Assembly (NCBI GenBank): GCA_020638595.1
Contig: JACKIG010000018.1
Coordinates: 2,532-66,531 of the forward strand
Length of the DNA stretch: 64,000 bases
Source: Rhodospirillaceae bacterium
GTDB lineage: Bacteria; Pseudomonadota; Alphaproteobacteria; DSM-16000; Inquilinaceae
Direction of reading: 5' to 3'
A program made the position numbers and the translations under genes. Of the stretch, positions 52,601 through 56,276 are shown piece after piece; the stretch's first letter is position 1, and each line of letters begins with the position of its first letter. Under the pieces are notes generated by a model. The model saw only the letters and a list, made by a program, of their open reading frames with translations. It did not search any database and was not told the DNA's origin.

Positions 52601-55600
52601 CGGCCCGGCGGCGGCGGGGAACGGCACACTGCATGACGGCGTCTATTTCGGCGGCGCCATCACCGGTGCGACGCGGGTCCTGATCGGCTGGAACGACATC
52701 GACGTGCTGACGACGACGGGCGGCGGCGGGACGTCGTTCGGCGACATGGGCATCCGCTTCGACGGGTTCGTCAACACCGCACCGGGCGGGACGACGGGTG
52801 TGGGCATCGTCCATAACCTGATCGATGCCGGCGGCGGCAAGGAAGACCGCGGCATCTCGTTCTGGGACGGCATCGGCGGCCAGTCGACGGTGCGTATCGC
52901 CGGCAACACGATCCAGGCCGGCGACGACGGCATCGGCGTGTTCGACGTGTCCTTCGTGGGCGATGCGGCCGGCACCAACGAGTCCGTGCGCGGCAGCGCG
53001 GTCGTGCTGATCGAGGACAACGACATCGGCACCACGCTCGACCCGGTGGGCCAGGCGAGCCCCGGGACACCGGGCGACGGCAACGGCATCGACTTCCAGT
53101 CGGTGACGGGGGCCTCGCATGTCGTGATCCGCAACAACACGGTGTTCGCTGCGGACAACGGGATCGAGTTCGACAAGATCGTCGATACGACGTTCGGCAA
53201 TGCCACGACCTTCCCGGACCTGGAATTCGGGGTGGAGATCACGGACAACCACGTGGTGTCGCAGGACGAGGACGGCGTTCAGTTCGCGCAAGGCGTGGAC
53301 GGCAGCCATGTGCTGATCGACGGCAATGACGTCGCAGGCCACATCCATGGCGTCAGCTTCGGGCTGGATCACCATGGCTTCACCGGCGGCGGCATCACCA
53401 ACGGTGCGCTGGTCGCGATCACGCGCAATGCCATCGACGGTGCGACCGGCGACGGCGTGCATGTGGACGGCGAAGTGCTGGGCTCCACGGTGGGCCTGGT
53501 TACGAACGCGATCCAGGGCGGCCTGAACGGCGTGTTCTTCGGTGGACCGGTGTCCGGGTCGGACATCTACATCCTGTGGAACCCGCACATCGTCGGCGAG
53601 ACCGAGGACGGCATTCACGTCGACGACGATGTCGAGGACAGCCTGGTCGTCATCTCGGCCAACGGCTGGACCGCGGACGACGATGATGCGCCGGACGCCG
53701 ATGCCGTGGCCGCGAGTGTGGGCGAGGCGGGCAGCCTGGTGGCGACGCCGACGGACGCGCCGTGGGACGGGTGGACGCTGGCGGGCGGCATCGTCGGGCA
53801 GCGGGACGGCATCGACTTCGACGGCGTGGTCGAAGACGCCAGCGACGTCAGGATCGGGTGGAACCGGTTGATCCTCGGCTACGGCGACAGCGGTATCGAG
53901 TTCAGCGGCGTCAGCGGTCCGGAGACCGGCGTCCTGATCCACACCAATGGCGTCATCATCGGCGCGGGCAACGGGATCCAGTTCCGCCGGCCGGACGGTG
54001 AGCTGATGATGTCGAGCCCCGGCGGGTCGGGCATCGGCTGGGCGATCGATCAGGCTAGCGTGACGATCGGCGGCAATTGGCTGATCGCAGGGGTGTCCCA
54101 GGACGGCATCCAGGTGAACGGGGTGCACGGATCGGGCGTCAGCGCGACATCGGCGTATTTCGACGACGACGAGGAGTCGGAGACGTTCGGGACGATCGTG
54201 CCGGTGGCGACGGACCCGTCGCAGCCGAACCTGCTGATCGAAGAGAACACGACGATCGTCGGCCAGCGCGACGGCATCCATTTCGGCCTCGGGTTCGACG
54301 CCGCCACGGATGATGTCTACCGGCCGGATACGGTAGTGCTGGACGAGGTGGGCAGCCCCGGCATCGGTGCGAGCGTGAACGGCGCCCTGGTCGTGATCGA
54401 CCTGAACGGGCAGGCGGACTACCAGGCGGACCCGGATGAAGACGGGCCGGCAGTGATCGGGGATCTCTATGATCCGGCGATTGCCGTGGTGCTGTCGGAC
54501 CTGGACTTCGGCTTCGGGCTGTTCGACCTGGGCGGCCGCGTGGCCGGGGTCACGGGCGACGGCATCGACTTCGCGGGCCAGATCCACGACGGGTCGACGG
54601 TGCAGATCCAGCGCAACATGCTGACGGGCAGCGGCGACAACGGGATCGAGTTCGCCGGCATCGGCGAGCCGGAGACCCTGTCGGCGGGGCTGGCCCTGGT
54701 CGAGGACGAGGCGTTCGGCCCGACCAGCGTGTTCATCCACAACAACTTCATCGTCGACAACGGCCGGTCGCTGGCTAGCGAGGAGCCGGACGAAGGCCTG
54801 ACCTCGGCGACGCTGGTGGACAGCTCCTACGCGGGCTCGGGCATGACGGTGGGGGCCGGCATCCTGTTCGAACAGGGCGTGGGCAATGTGTTCGGCAGCG
54901 ACGAGGAGAGCGACGGCGGCGGCGTGGAGGTGTTCCAGAACTTCATCGCCGGCAATGGCGGGCCGGGCATCCAGATCGGCTTCCCGGAGGAGGCGACGAG
55001 CGAGGAATTCCTGGCGCTGGCGGATTACAGCTACGGGGACGACAACGAACGCCTGTACGACGGCGTGGTATCGGCGGACAACCTGTCGGTGATCCACAAC
55101 TACCTGCCGGGCGGCGTGGACGAATTCGACGATCGTCCGAACGGACGCTTCGGGGTGGCCAACTACGCCAACGACGGCAGCGCGGTGTTCGCACCGGAAA
55201 ACTGGTGGGGCACGTCGGCGTCGGCGGCGGCCGTGTCGGCACAGACCTTCGGGGCCGTGACCGTGTCGCCGTACCTGGAGACGGGCGAGGACAGCAACGA
55301 GGAGCGCATCCCCGGCTTCACCGGGCTGGGTCCGTTCGCCTTCCAGCCGGGGCCGACGGTGGGTCCGTCGATTGAGGATCTCTTTGCCGGCTTCCCGGTG
55401 GATCCGGACGCGCTCCGGTTCTTCGCCCGCACGGCCTTGAGCTCGCTGGACCGTCCGGGTGGGGCGCAGTACTTCACCAACGAGCTGGGCGAGCCGTACC
55501 AGACCAACGTGTTCGGCCCGACCTACGGCATCGGCGAGCTGGGCGATGGCCCGGGCGGTTTGCAGCCGGCGGCCGGTGGGCAGCAGCAAGACACGTGCGA

Positions 55601-55781
55601 GGACGGTGACGAGACCTGCGAGCAGGGGCAACAGACCCCGCCGCAGGGACCGCAGGGTCCGATCAACCTCGGCAACCTGACGCCGGCGGCCGGCCCCGGC
55701 AGCCAGCAGGTGCAGAATGCCGATACCTGCGTTGCCGCGTTCCTCGGCGACTTCTGGGGTGCTGCGGCGGCCTGCCAGTAG
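31605..55781 (+). CDS. giant two-partner-secretion (TpsA / filamentous-haemagglutinin-like) exoprotein, ~8,058 aa, made of parallel beta-helix cassettes
   Basis: One uninterrupted, strongly GC3-biased frame. SD-like AAGGGGGA (31589-31596) sits 8 nt before ATG 31605; alternative in-frame starts are GTG 31560 and ATG 31725. Signal-like [37 protein letters not shown] is followed by the TPS-domain start [10 protein letters not shown]... The body is rich in G/D/T/N/V/I/A with PbH1-like repeats such as GDDGIDF..V.I..N.I. Confidence 0.88.
   Translation: [8058 protein letters not shown]
31836..33130 (+). other. TPS (haemagglutination-activity) secretion domain and conserved N-terminal beta-helix of the giant protein
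   Basis: [96 protein letters not shown] (NPNGI-type motif, here NPAGINFG). Later [38 protein letters not shown]...GSLILDPT. Confidence 0.85.
49435..50420 (+). repeat. copy 1 of an in-frame 1,776-nt-offset internal duplication in the giant gene
   Basis: Matches 51211-52196. The 51-nt string caggagctgttcatccaccacaacagcctggtcggcggcgacaacggcatc occurs at 50088-50138 and again at 51864-51914. gacggcatcgcgttcctg occurs at 49953 and 51729. Both offsets are 1776 nt (592 codons). Confidence 0.85.
51211..52196 (+). repeat. copy 2 of the in-frame 1,776-nt-offset internal duplication
   Basis: Protein-level parallel: [35 protein letters not shown]...[40 protein letters not shown] versus [35 protein letters not shown]...[40 protein letters not shown]. 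Confidence 0.85.
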
Positions 55782-55842
55782 GGGGCCGGCGCCAACCCGG
55801 ACCCCGGCACCGGGGTCCGTTTCCCGGGGATGACACACCAGC

Positions 55843-55875
55843 GGGGCCGCCCATCGGGCGGCCCCGTTCTTGTCG
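55843..55875 (+). terminator. rho-independent-type terminator after the giant gene
   Basis: GGGGCCGCCC (55843-55852), loop ATC, GGGCGGCCCC (55856-55865), then GTTCTTGTCGT. A perfect 10-bp GC stem about 60 nt after the stop. Confidence 0.65.
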
Positions 55876-56276
55876 TACTCCAGCACCGGGAATGCGGGCG
55901 GCGGGTCGTCAAGATCATGGCGGCGTCGTGAACGAAAACTCTAATATTACCAAATATTCGACAGGATTCGCGCATTCATTGTCCGGACCCTGGGCCTGTC
56001 CGGCAGGGCCAGTGGGTGCGCGCCCGGTGGCTTTGATGCCGGCATTGCCGGCAATCCGGCAGGAATGCTTGCATGCCGAAACAAACCGACCGGGTTGCCA
56101 AGGGAAATGGAGTTGCGTTATGCAGGATGTGCGTTAGCTTGCTTAACCTTCCGCATGCTTGGGCAGTCGGGCAAAGTCTAGGACGATGGCGGTGGGGTGG
56201 CGGGCGTGGGCTTGTGCCCAATCGCCGGGATTGCCCGACGATTGAATTCGAATACGGTTTCGGGGGGTGAAGACGA

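Noticed and set aside
35811-55886. A 6,691-aa ORF on the minus strand (and a 1,024-aa one at 31437-34511) antisense to the giant gene.
   Set aside because: These frames are in exact codon register with the plus-strand gene. An antisense stop would therefore need a sense TTA, CTA or TCA codon, and this GC3-biased gene almost never uses those. The antisense translation is R/H/D/A/G-rich with no recognisable domain. The plus strand has a TPS domain, an SD + ATG start and beta-helix repeats. They are shadow ORFs, not genes.
31040-55900. The giant gene region as a recently acquired genomic island.
   Set aside because: Apart from the AT-rich promoter island, the coding sequence has the same high GC and GC3 bias as the flanking housekeeping genes. 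No integrase, tRNA, transposase or flanking direct repeats were seen.
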